Shown here: one piece after another, positions 30,874 through 39,148 of the stretch
How the letters are laid out: each line of letters opens with the position of its first letter
How positions within the stretch are numbered: position 1 is the stretch's first letter
Assembly (NCBI GenBank): GCA_032123755.1
Contig: JAQBES010000043.1
Coordinates: forward strand, 17,238-81,237
Source of the DNA: Nitrospirota bacterium
Lineage (GTDB): Bacteria > Nitrospirota > Nitrospiria > Nitrospirales > Nitrospiraceae
DNA: 64,000 nucleotides
Direction: 5' to 3'
Translations under genes and position numbers: made by a program
Notes under the pieces: generated by a model
Told to the model about the DNA's origin: nothing
What the model saw: the letters and a program-made list of their open reading frames with translations, nothing else
Database searches by the model: none

Positions 30874-31869
30874 ATGCCGGCTGATACACAATATCTGACT
30901 TCCTCGTTAATCGATCTGTCGATCGCCATCGTGAGTTACAACACGAAGGATGTGCTCCTAGACTGTGTTCGCTCTATCCATGCCCACACAACTACCGTCA
31001 CATTCGAAGTGATCGTCGTCGACAATGATTCGCATGACGGGACGGTGGCTGCATTGAAGGGCGCCTATCCTGCCATGTGGATTATTGCGAATCCGGACAA
31101 TCGAGGATTCGCCAAAGCCGTGAATCAGGCCTTGGCCGTGAGTCGCGGTCGGTACGTGCTGTTACTCAACAGCGACACGATTGTCAGGGATCAGGCGTTA
31201 GCGACCATGGTCGCGTACCTAAACAATTATCCTGACGTCGGAGCGGTGAGTTGTAAGCAATGGAGGGGAGACGGTCACCTGAGTCAAACCTGTTTTCCTT
31301 TTCCCTCCCTTCGTGATCACTTATTCCATGCGGCCCTGCTCCAACGAATGGCCCCCACCATGCAAGCGGCTGCCGTGGCGACGAAGGCGGTGGATTGCAC
31401 TCTGTCACAAAATGTCGATTGGGCGAACGGGGCTTGCCTCGTGGTGCGCACCGATCTGTTGCGCCAGCTTGGTGGGCTCGACGAAGGGTTTTTCATGTAT
31501 TTCGAGGACGTCGATCTTTGCCGGCGGATTCATCGGCAAGGATATCGCGTGTACCATCTCGCTGAGGCGGAGATCGTGCATCTGGTTGGACGGAGCAGTG
31601 GACACGCTGTTGCTCGATTGAAACTTGAGTGGGAGTTAAGCCGCATCCGCTACGTCGAGAAACACTTCTCGCCGGGCAAACGTGTTGCCATGAAACTCTG
31701 GATTGCTGCTGGGATCGCCTTCAGGCTTCTGTGCCTCTTGGGAGGGCAATCTGCATCATCGCAGCGGCGGCAGCTCATTCAGAATCATCTCGCGAGCTTT
31801 AAGCGGTTGTACCGCCCGACCGAGCAACCGGCACCGCTGCGTACGATAGCACAAGGGCGGAGAAGCTAG
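30874..31869 (+). CDS. Glycosyltransferase family 2
   Basis: LSIAIVSYNTKD, VIVVDNDSHDGT, N.GFAKA.N, the DxD-like NSDT, and FFMYFEDVDLC.R. Confidence 0.85.
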   Translation: MPADTQYLTSSLIDLSIAIVSYNTKDVLLDCVRSIHAHTTTVTFEVIVVDNDSHDGTVAALKGAYPAMWIIANPDNRGFAKAVNQALAVSRGRYVLLLNSDTIVRDQALATMVAYLNNYPDVGAVSCKQWRGDGHLSQTCFPFPSLRDHLFHAALLQRMAPTMQAAAVATKAVDCTLSQNVDWANGACLVVRTDLLRQLGGLDEGFFMYFEDVDLCRRIHRQGYRVYHLAEAEIVHLVGRSSGHAVARLKLEWELSRIRYVEKHFSPGKRVAMKLWIAAGIAFRLLCLLGGQSASSQRRQLIQNHLASFKRLYRPTEQPAPLRTIAQGRRS

Positions 31870-32159
31870 CGGGGTGAGTTTTTCATGTTCCGTTCGCCAG
31901 GATCTTCTCGAAAGGGCCACGTCATTGCTCAGTTTTGTGCGTGCTTCGACAGGCTCAGCACGAACAGCGTCGAAACCAATATCAGATGCACGATGCTGAC
32001 TTGGAAGCATCAGCAGCCGTCTGCAAGATGGATCGGCCTGAACAGGATCAAGGCAAAGGACAGTCAGGATGTTGAAGGCCATGGGGCCGACCCTCATTTC
32101 ATCGAGAGCTAGGCCAAACTAGGTTGAACAAAATTCGTAACATGTTCAATTTCCAATTG

Positions 32160-32527
32160 AAACTGGCCGCACTGCGCTCCCACGTGATACCGTTCTTCGT
32201 GGGCTTCTTTTGTGCCAGTGAGTGGTGCTTTTTACCTATTCTTTCTTCTGCGAATGGTTCGCATTGTCTCCTCTAGAAGCGATGGTCATAGGTGAGCCCG
32301 TGATTGCCTATATGATTTCACCTTTACTGGAAGTAGCGGGGGATATGGGGATACTGCTGGTGCGCAGTATCCCCATGCGGCGTTGCCGGAGAGCCTGGAA
32401 CGTCTCATTGCGGATGACACAATGCGCGGCGAACTGATTGAGAAATGGTTTCGCCGAACCCCCGTTCAGCTGGGATCGTGCAGCTGAGCAAACCATGACT
32501 GTGTACACAGGATGCGTCAGGACATGA
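32160..32527 (+). pseudogene. Decayed C-terminal remnant of a GT4 glycosyltransferase (N-terminally truncated, at least 2 frameshifts)
   Basis: Three pieces lie in three different frames: VVLFTYSFFCEWFALSPLEAMVIGEPVIAY (the EX7E region), then ALPESLERLIADDTMRGELIEKWFRR, then PFSWDRAAEQTMTVYTG (the typical GT1 C-terminus FSW...A..T...Y). The last frame ends in a TGA that forms an ATGA overlap with the ATG at 32524. Confidence 0.7.
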
Positions 32528-33384
32528 GCGCAGAACAACGAGCACCACATCTCAACGGGCGGCTAGCCGATTCGATACCTGATCAGGCGGGTCTTTTCGT
32601 CCGTCTGTGCCGATGGGTCACACAGACGATGGTCGCACGCTGGTTCGGTGGCGTCCATACCGGTTTGGTCGTTAAAAGCTTGTATCTCCAACGCTCCGTC
32701 GCGAAGTTTTTGAGGACTGGAAACAAAGTGATCCTAGATGCCGGATGCGGACCCGAAGGTCAGTTGGCGGCCGTACTGGCCGCCCGTTATCCTAGCTGTT
32801 TCGTCGAAGGCTGGGATCTGCACTGTGCGCACACTGTGGTCTCTCCCACTCCACAGGGTTCTCGTTCGAATCTTTTTTTTAGGGAAGCAGACCTGGCGAG
32901 CTTAACCAAGGTGTCGGCGTATGATCTGGTCTATTCGATTGACGTGTTGGAGCACATTGATGATTATGCCGATGTACTGGATTGCCTCGTGAGGGCCTTG
33001 AGACCAGGCGGCATGATCTTCATCCACGTTCCCAGCATCGAACAGCACACCTGGTTCGATGCGACGGATGAGGGGACGGCTAACGGTTTCCGCGAACATC
33101 GAACAGGCGATGATCATGTACGTGAAGGATTCGACAAAGCGACGCTGATCGCCGATCTTGAGGGTCGATCTGTTTCTGTTATTGATGCGCAGTGGACCTT
33201 TAATGGGGTGACGGCGTGGTTCAAAGAGGTGTATTCGCTCGGGGAACGACGGAGGGTGCGAGGTATTGGACTGCTCCTGCTTCCCGTGATTGTGCTGTGT
33301 GTGATGGGCGAAATGTTGCTGCCTCCACGCCGCGGAAACGGCCTGTACGTGCTCGGTGTGAAGAAAGGTCTCGGTGCTCAATGA
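32524..33384 (+). CDS. Class I SAM-dependent methyltransferase with C-terminal TM segment
   Basis: VILDAGCGPEG (motif I), YDLVYSIDVLEHI and LRPGGMIFIHVP. The C-terminal hydrophobic segment is GIGLLLLPVIVLCVMGEML. The start could be 32512 or 32524. Confidence 0.75.
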   Translation: MSAEQRAPHLNGRLADSIPDQAGLFVRLCRWVTQTMVARWFGGVHTGLVVKSLYLQRSVAKFLRTGNKVILDAGCGPEGQLAAVLAARYPSCFVEGWDLHCAHTVVSPTPQGSRSNLFFREADLASLTKVSAYDLVYSIDVLEHIDDYADVLDCLVRALRPGGMIFIHVPSIEQHTWFDATDEGTANGFREHRTGDDHVREGFDKATLIADLEGRSVSVIDAQWTFNGVTAWFKEVYSLGERRRVRGIGLLLLPVIVLCVMGEMLLPPRRGNGLYVLGVKKGLGAQ

Positions 33385-34043
33385 ATCTCGCCAGCGTAGG
33401 CCAGCGTGAGCGGTACGACGACGAATGGAACGGGTGGAAAGTCGGGACAAAGGCGTTTGACGGCGTGCGCCGGTATGAGCAGATCAGCAGCGTGGTTCAA
33501 CAGCTAGGCTCCAGGAAGATTTTGGATGTAGGGTGCGGAGATGGACGGCTGGCAAGGGCGATTCGAGCAAATTGTTCTGACGTGATAATTCATGGTTGTG
33601 ATCTGTCCACTGTGGCTCTTGCTCGCAGTGTAGGCCTCGATCGGCAGTACTCCGTAGATCTCAATTATGAGGTCTTGCCGGAACATGCCGCGAGTTTCGA
33701 TCTGGTGATTGGGAGCGAGGTGATTGAGCATTTGATCCAACCGGACCGTGTTCTGGCGGAGTGTACCCGGGTCCTCAGGCAAGGGGGCCATGTCTTGCTG
33801 ACCGTTCCGAACGTCGCATTTTGGCGGTTCCGCGTCCAAGCGTTGCGCGGGCATGTGCCATCCGTGACCGCTGACGACCGCCATTTGCATTCGTTCAGTG
33901 CATCCCTGCTTGAACAACTTGTGGGGAAGGCCGGTCTTCAGGTGGTGAGGCTTACGGGTTTGCGTCAACGATTCGATCGGCTCAATCGGCTCCATTTTAA
34001 ATTGCTCAGCGATACCCTTCTGATCGTCGGAAGGAAACCGTGA
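33381..34043 (+). CDS. Class I SAM-dependent methyltransferase
   Basis: ILDVGCGDGRL, FDLVIGSEVIEHL and LRQGGHVLLTVPN. I chose the internal ATG at 33381, which forms an ATGA overlap with the upstream stop. Confidence 0.8.
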   Translation: MNLASVGQRERYDDEWNGWKVGTKAFDGVRRYEQISSVVQQLGSRKILDVGCGDGRLARAIRANCSDVIIHGCDLSTVALARSVGLDRQYSVDLNYEVLPEHAASFDLVIGSEVIEHLIQPDRVLAECTRVLRQGGHVLLTVPNVAFWRFRVQALRGHVPSVTADDRHLHSFSASLLEQLVGKAGLQVVRLTGLRQRFDRLNRLHFKLLSDTLLIVGRKP

Positions 34044-34047
34044 GGTC

Positions 34048-34890
34048 GTGGCATACGAACTGACCAAAAGCCAATTCAATGGGCTGGTTCAATCCTACAG
34101 ACCCTCTCAGTACGAGACGTTTGGTGTAAAGGACGCGCGCTTCACCAAGCCGATGAATCACGCATTGAAATGTCGTGATCGTCTCCATGTTGCGCTGCGA
34201 AGCGGACTGCAGCGGTTGCCTGAGGGACTGCAGACGATCGTAGATTTCGGTCCCTTCCCGGGTAGCCTATTGCGACTTTTGCGTGGGATTGAGCCAACGA
34301 GAGAGGCGCGTCTGTTCGGCGCCGGGTTGATGGCCAGTCCAGAGTTTGTACAGTTCATGAGCCAGGATGCCGATGTGGAGATTCTCACCGTCAACCTCGA
34401 TCCGGCCGGGAAACAATTCATGTCCAAAGGGTACCAGGAAAAAGTACCGCTGCCCGATCATTCCGCGCAGCTCGTGTTTGCCCTGGAAATCATTGAACAC
34501 CTCACCTCGCCCTTTCATCTGATGACAGAAGCATACAGAATTTTGAAGTCTGGCGGCCATCTCGTCATCACAACACCTAACGTCACTCGTATCGGCAATG
34601 TTTTCAAATTGCTGATCGGTCGATCGCCCAACGATCGACTGGCCCCGCCCGGTTACAACGATCCGAACGACGAATGGCGACCGCATGCGCGGGAATATGC
34701 GATGCATGAGCTGGCAGAAATGCTGCGCCATGTCGGGTTTGATATCGCCCTGTCACAGTTTTTTTTGGGCGAGGACACGCAGGACTGCCAAAAGACCAAT
34801 CGCCAGAGTACGATTGACTGGGCCAAGGTGCCGTTCTATCTCATCCCACATTTGCGCGGGAGTTTACTGATCCTAGGGAGAAAGCCATGA
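34048..34890 (+). CDS. Methyltransferase-fold protein (motif I degenerate: VDFGPFPG)
   Basis: VFALEIIEHLTSPFHLM.EAYRILKSGGHLVITTPNV is a clear Methyltransf_11/23 post-motif-I layout. However, the glycine-rich SAM loop reads DFGPFPGS. GTG start. Confidence 0.6.
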   Translation: MAYELTKSQFNGLVQSYRPSQYETFGVKDARFTKPMNHALKCRDRLHVALRSGLQRLPEGLQTIVDFGPFPGSLLRLLRGIEPTREARLFGAGLMASPEFVQFMSQDADVEILTVNLDPAGKQFMSKGYQEKVPLPDHSAQLVFALEIIEHLTSPFHLMTEAYRILKSGGHLVITTPNVTRIGNVFKLLIGRSPNDRLAPPGYNDPNDEWRPHAREYAMHELAEMLRHVGFDIALSQFFLGEDTQDCQKTNRQSTIDWAKVPFYLIPHLRGSLLILGRKP

Positions 34891-36050
34891 TTCCGGTCGT
34901 CCTTGCAGAGCTGGCAGGATCGGCCGGTTACGGAGGCGGCGAACGGTATCTGGAACTGCTTTTGGATCGTCTCGACCACGCGCAGTATCGAGCGCTGCTG
35001 ATCTGTCCGGAGCCCGGTCCGTTTGTGGGGCGCATGCAAGAGCGAGGAGTGGAGACACACCTCGTCCATTTGGCGCCGTTGTTCAATCCCATTGCCCTCT
35101 GGCGGTTGACGCGGTTGCTGGTGCGGGAGAGAGTGACGATTCTTCAGACGCACGGAGCGCGCGCGAATTTCTATGGACGGATTGCAGGACGTCTGGCCGG
35201 TGTGCCGGTCATTATCTCGACGGTGCATAATTCACTGAAAGACTATGAAGTTCGTTCGCTCAAACGATGGCTCTATACGTACTTGTTACGCCTGACGCTT
35301 CCCCTGGTCCATCGGATTATTTGTGTATCGGATGCCAATCGTCGCGACCTGATCGACGAGTGCCCGGCTGTAGCAGCGAAGACACAGACCGTTTACAACG
35401 GAGTGGACCTCTCGACGTTTCCGTCACAGCCGGACTACCGAAAAGTCAGACAAGAATTGGGAATTAGACAGGGACCGGTGCTGGTCACGATCGCGCGATT
35501 GACGGAACAAAAGGGCCATCGTTACCTCTTGCAGGCGCTTCCCCGCTTGTTCGAAACATGGCCCCAGCTTTGCAGTGTGTTCGTAGGAGAGGGCGAGTTG
35601 CAGGATGTATTGCAGCGGATGGCGATTGACCTGGGTGTCGAACGGGCCTGTCGGTTTGTAGGGGCTCGTGAGGACATTACCGATATTCTGGCTGCTGCGG
35701 ATTTGTTTGTGCTGCCGTCACTCTCCGAGGGATTCCCCTTTGTGTTGCTGGAGGCGTTGGCCATGGGTCGTCCGGTGGTCGCGTCACGTGTCAATGGAGT
35801 GCCGGAATTAATTGAAGACCACAAGACGGGATTGCTCGTGCCACCGCGTGACCCACAGGCCTTGGCGCGGGCGATTCGGGAGATGCTGAGTGATCAAAGC
35901 GCTGCCTTGAGGATGGGGGCAGCGGGGCGAACGCTGGTCCGAGAGCGCTTCACAGTGAATCGAATGGTTGCAAATACCACGGCGGTCTTTGATATGGCGT
36001 TGCAGGACGCGGGCGTGCAGGCGCCAGTCCAGAAACGGGTAGCGGCGTGA
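34887..36050 (+). CDS. Glycosyltransferase family 4
   Basis: GGGERY, KGHRYLL, FVGEGEL and LPSLSEGFPFVLLEALAMGRPVVASRVNGVPELI (EX7E). ATGA overlap upstream. Confidence 0.88.
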   Translation: MIPVVLAELAGSAGYGGGERYLELLLDRLDHAQYRALLICPEPGPFVGRMQERGVETHLVHLAPLFNPIALWRLTRLLVRERVTILQTHGARANFYGRIAGRLAGVPVIISTVHNSLKDYEVRSLKRWLYTYLLRLTLPLVHRIICVSDANRRDLIDECPAVAAKTQTVYNGVDLSTFPSQPDYRKVRQELGIRQGPVLVTIARLTEQKGHRYLLQALPRLFETWPQLCSVFVGEGELQDVLQRMAIDLGVERACRFVGAREDITDILAAADLFVLPSLSEGFPFVLLEALAMGRPVVASRVNGVPELIEDHKTGLLVPPRDPQALARAIREMLSDQSAALRMGAAGRTLVRERFTVNRMVANTTAVFDMALQDAGVQAPVQKRVAA

Positions 36051-36937
36051 AGACGGAAACCATGCCGGAGACGGAATCCGTTGCTTGTCCCTGTGGCAGT
36101 CAAGCGATGCTGGTCGACGTATTTCAGACGCTGACCAGACGGTATGTCCGTTGTTCTGACTGTGATCTCGTGTTTCTGAATCCTCGTCCATTGGCGACTA
36201 CGGTCGAGGAGTTTTACCGTGAAGACTACGACGAGGCCTACGGTGAGGCTGAGGCGTCGTCCGACCGAGAACCTGTGTTTGAGAGTGTCGCACGTCGTCT
36301 GGGCATGTACCGGCAGCCTCCTGGTCGGCTGCTCGATGTAGGCTGTGGAGACGGCGCGTTCTTGTCACTCTGTCAATCGGCGGGATGGACCTGTTATGGG
36401 TTAGAGATGTCGAAGAAAGCTGTCGCGCGCGCCGCTCGTCGCGATCTGACGATGCTCTCTTCCGATTGGTTGGAACGGGCTGGTGAGCATGAACCGTTCG
36501 ACGTGATCACACTTGTGAATGTACTGCAGACAGTGACGAATCCGGCGAGCCTCTTGCGACAGGTCTCGGGTGCACTAACGCCAGCGGGCCTCGTCGTCAT
36601 CAGAGAGACCAATGGGGCATTTCATCTCCCGATGCGGACACCGGCCCGTTGGGTCGGGTCACGCTCTGATCAGGCCTTTCACCTTTTTCTGTATTCACCT
36701 GAAGCCCTCCGTTCGTTGCTGAAGGGGATCGGATTGGACACCATCGCGATCCATAATTCAGTTCCGAGTCGCGGGCCTCTCACTTCGGGGAATCCGTGGA
36801 TAAGTCGCCTCAAATGGCGGATTGGTGCGATGGCCTTCTGGTCCTGTGCGGAGCTGCTCTATAAGGTAACGGGAGGCCGTATGGTTTGGGCTCCTTCGTT
36901 TGAGCTCATCGCCAGGCGGAATGAGGGTTCGAGATGA
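36047..36937 (+). CDS. Class I SAM-dependent methyltransferase with N-terminal Cys4 knuckle
   Basis: CPCGS...CSDCDLVFLNP, then LLDVGCGDGAFL and FDVITLVNVLQ. GTGA overlap with the upstream stop; an alternative ATG is at 36062. Confidence 0.75.
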   Translation: MKTETMPETESVACPCGSQAMLVDVFQTLTRRYVRCSDCDLVFLNPRPLATTVEEFYREDYDEAYGEAEASSDREPVFESVARRLGMYRQPPGRLLDVGCGDGAFLSLCQSAGWTCYGLEMSKKAVARAARRDLTMLSSDWLERAGEHEPFDVITLVNVLQTVTNPASLLRQVSGALTPAGLVVIRETNGAFHLPMRTPARWVGSRSDQAFHLFLYSPEALRSLLKGIGLDTIAIHNSVPSRGPLTSGNPWISRLKWRIGAMAFWSCAELLYKVTGGRMVWAPSFELIARRNEGSR

Positions 36938-37188
36938 GCACATCCCATTGGTTCAGGCACCGGCGGTGGCGGAGTTCAATCAGGTTTTTGGGTATCGTCG
37001 TTGTCCTTTGCCTGCTCGCCGCATTAGCCACCCTCGGAGTGAGGTCGCTGCTTACGTCGGTGGGGTCTGCCAAACATATTCGATACGAGCCGGTTGATGT
37101 GCCGCCTGAGGAGGTTTCGCCCCGCCACCAGAAGGAGCGGGAGGAGTATGAACGGCGAGAGCGAGTCTTGACGGAGAAGAGTCAGTAG
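36934..37188 (+). CDS. Small single-pass membrane protein (84 aa), hypothetical
   Basis: ATGA overlap with the upstream stop suggests translational coupling. It has a basic N-terminus, the TM segment LGIVVVLCLLAALATLGV and a highly charged tail EREEYERRERV. I recognise no family. Confidence 0.45.
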   Translation: MSTSHWFRHRRWRSSIRFLGIVVVLCLLAALATLGVRSLLTSVGSAKHIRYEPVDVPPEEVSPRHQKEREEYERRERVLTEKSQ

Positions 37189-37213
37189 CACGTTAATTTG
37201 GAGTCGCCATTTC

Positions 37214-39148
37214 ATGTGTGGTATTTGCGGACTTGTGGGGGACAATGATCCGCTCCTGCTTGAGCGGATGCTCGATCGGCTTGTCCATCGTGGTCCGGAC
37301 GACGAAGGGACGCATTACGACGCAGGCGTGGCCCTCGCGGTGCGGCGATTACGGGTAATTGACCCGGCCGGCGGCCATCAACCGGTTCGGAACGAGACCG
37401 GCTCTGTCTGGGCGGTCTTGAATGGTGAGATCTACAATTATCGCGAGCTCCGCAGGGAGTTGATCCAAAAAGGTCATCGCTTTCAGTCCGATGGCGATAC
37501 AGAGGTCCTGGTGCATCTCTATGAAGAGGAGGGGCCAGAGGCGGTCTACCGGCTGCGGGGGATGTTCGCATACGCCATCTGGGATCGGGAGCGAGATCTC
37601 GTGTTGCTGGTCCGCGATCGGTTGGGGATCAAACCCTTGTATTACTCTGTCCAACCTGGGAAAGCGGGCACCGCCCAGCATGTGCTCTTTTCGTCGGAAT
37701 TGCCGTCACTGCTGGAAGGGCTCCCGGATTGGACGATCCGTCCGCAGGCGATCGCAGATTATCTGTCGCTGCTCTATGTGCCGGGGCCCGATACGATTGT
37801 GGAGGGCGTCTATCAGCTCCGACCAGGCGAGGCCCTTAAGATTGTACGGGGTCGGTTGGATTTTTGGCGCTATTACCATCCTGAGGAAGAGGTCCTGTGT
37901 CAGGTTGAGGCTCCGCAGGGCGACCAGTGCGAGCGGTTTCTGAGCACGCTACGCGACTCAGTGCAGGCGCATTTGGTCAGTGACGTGCCGCTCGGTTTAT
38001 TTTTGTCCGGTGGGTTGGACTCCGCGTCGATCTTGGCCTGCATGCGCGAGACGATTCCTGGATCGATCAAAACGTTTTCCATCGGGTACGACGCGCCAGA
38101 AGACCAATCCTACAATGAGATCAAGGCCGCCCGGTTCCTCGCGACACACTTCGGGACGGACCACACGGAAGCCGTGCTGCGTCCCGATGTTGTCTCGCTG
38201 CTTCCTCGTGTGGTGGCCGGCATGGGAGAGCCATTCGCCGATTCCTCGGCCATTCCCACATACTTGGTGTCCGAGGTGGCCAGACAGGCCGTGACGGTTG
38301 CGCTGTCCGGAATTGGCGGCGACGAACTCTTCGGAGGCTATCCTCGCTATCTTGGGCTGCGCGCGGCGGGTCGCTATGCGGCATTTCCTCTGGCGATGCG
38401 CTCATGGATTGCGTCCCGTGCCGCCGCCTATCTGCCGGATGGTTCAGGAGGGCGCGACGTTCGTGGCCGCATCAAACGATTTCTGCTGGATGGCTATCGC
38501 CCGTTGGATGAGCAATACCTCCGCTGGACGACGTTTCATCCGGCTGGATGGGACGCGTCGCTATTTGCCGATGGACTCCGTTCTACTGTGGCCGACAGCT
38601 CTGCGCGTTGCAATGTCCGGAATCTCTTCGGCCGCTGGCCTTCCCGCGAACCAGCCGATCGCGCAATGGGCGTTGATCTACAGACCTATTTGCCTGACGA
38701 TCTGTTGCGGATGGGTGATCGGATGAGCATGGTTCATTCACTCGAACTTCGTGTGCCCTTCTGCGACCACCATTTGCTGGCCTTCGCCTGTTCATTGCCG
38801 GCAGCGACAAGATTGCAAGGATGGAAGTTAAAGGGATTCATGAGGAAATCATTGCAAAGTATTTTACCAAAAAGTATTGTCTCTGGACCTAAGCGAGGAT
38901 TTATGCTGCCGCTTGGACGCTGGCTGCGCGAGGATCTGCGCGAGATGAGTCGAGATTTGCTGTCCGATGAGGCGATCCGGCGACGGGGCTATGTCAATCC
39001 TGACTATGTACAGTGGTTGCTCGCAGAACACCACAGTGGTCGGCGGAATTTCACGGATCAACTCTATGCGCTTATGGTGTTGGAACTGTGGCATCAGCAG
39101 TTGGTTCGGCCTGTTTCCTACCCTTCGAGGGGAGTGGGCGTGGCATGA
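37214..39148 (+). CDS. asnB: Asparagine synthase (glutamine-hydrolysing) family amidotransferase
   Basis: The N-terminal nucleophile MCGICG, NGEIYNY.ELR, and the PP-loop-type LFLSGGLDSAS. Confidence 0.9.
   Translation: MCGICGLVGDNDPLLLERMLDRLVHRGPDDEGTHYDAGVALAVRRLRVIDPAGGHQPVRNETGSVWAVLNGEIYNYRELRRELIQKGHRFQSDGDTEVLVHLYEEEGPEAVYRLRGMFAYAIWDRERDLVLLVRDRLGIKPLYYSVQPGKAGTAQHVLFSSELPSLLEGLPDWTIRPQAIADYLSLLYVPGPDTIVEGVYQLRPGEALKIVRGRLDFWRYYHPEEEVLCQVEAPQGDQCERFLSTLRDSVQAHLVSDVPLGLFLSGGLDSASILACMRETIPGSIKTFSIGYDAPEDQSYNEIKAARFLATHFGTDHTEAVLRPDVVSLLPRVVAGMGEPFADSSAIPTYLVSEVARQAVTVALSGIGGDELFGGYPRYLGLRAAGRYAAFPLAMRSWIASRAAAYLPDGSGGRDVRGRIKRFLLDGYRPLDEQYLRWTTFHPAGWDASLFADGLRSTVADSSARCNVRNLFGRWPSREPADRAMGVDLQTYLPDDLLRMGDRMSMVHSLELRVPFCDHHLLAFACSLPAATRLQGWKLKGFMRKSLQSILPKSIVSGPKRGFMLPLGRWLREDLREMSRDLLSDEAIRRRGYVNPDYVQWLLAEHHSGRRNFTDQLYALMVLELWHQQLVRPVSYPSRGVGVA

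Noticed and set aside
31885-32112. ORFs 31885-32112 (+, 75 aa) and 31756-32097 (-, 113 aa) in the gap after the GT2 gene.
   Set aside because: They show no motifs and no SD, and they overlap each other on opposite strands in a region that appears to be degraded glycosyltransferase DNA. I treat them as non-coding scar.
39013-39144. 5' extensions of the longest ORFs: 39013, 41345, 33216, 43812, 46764, 61926, 28546, 27404, 21791, 15458, 13560, 3093 and 2150.
   Set aside because: The extensions overlap the upstream gene, have odd composition and lack an SD. In each case an internal ATG or GTG has an SD or an ATGA/GTGA stop-start overlap and begins the conserved part of the family.
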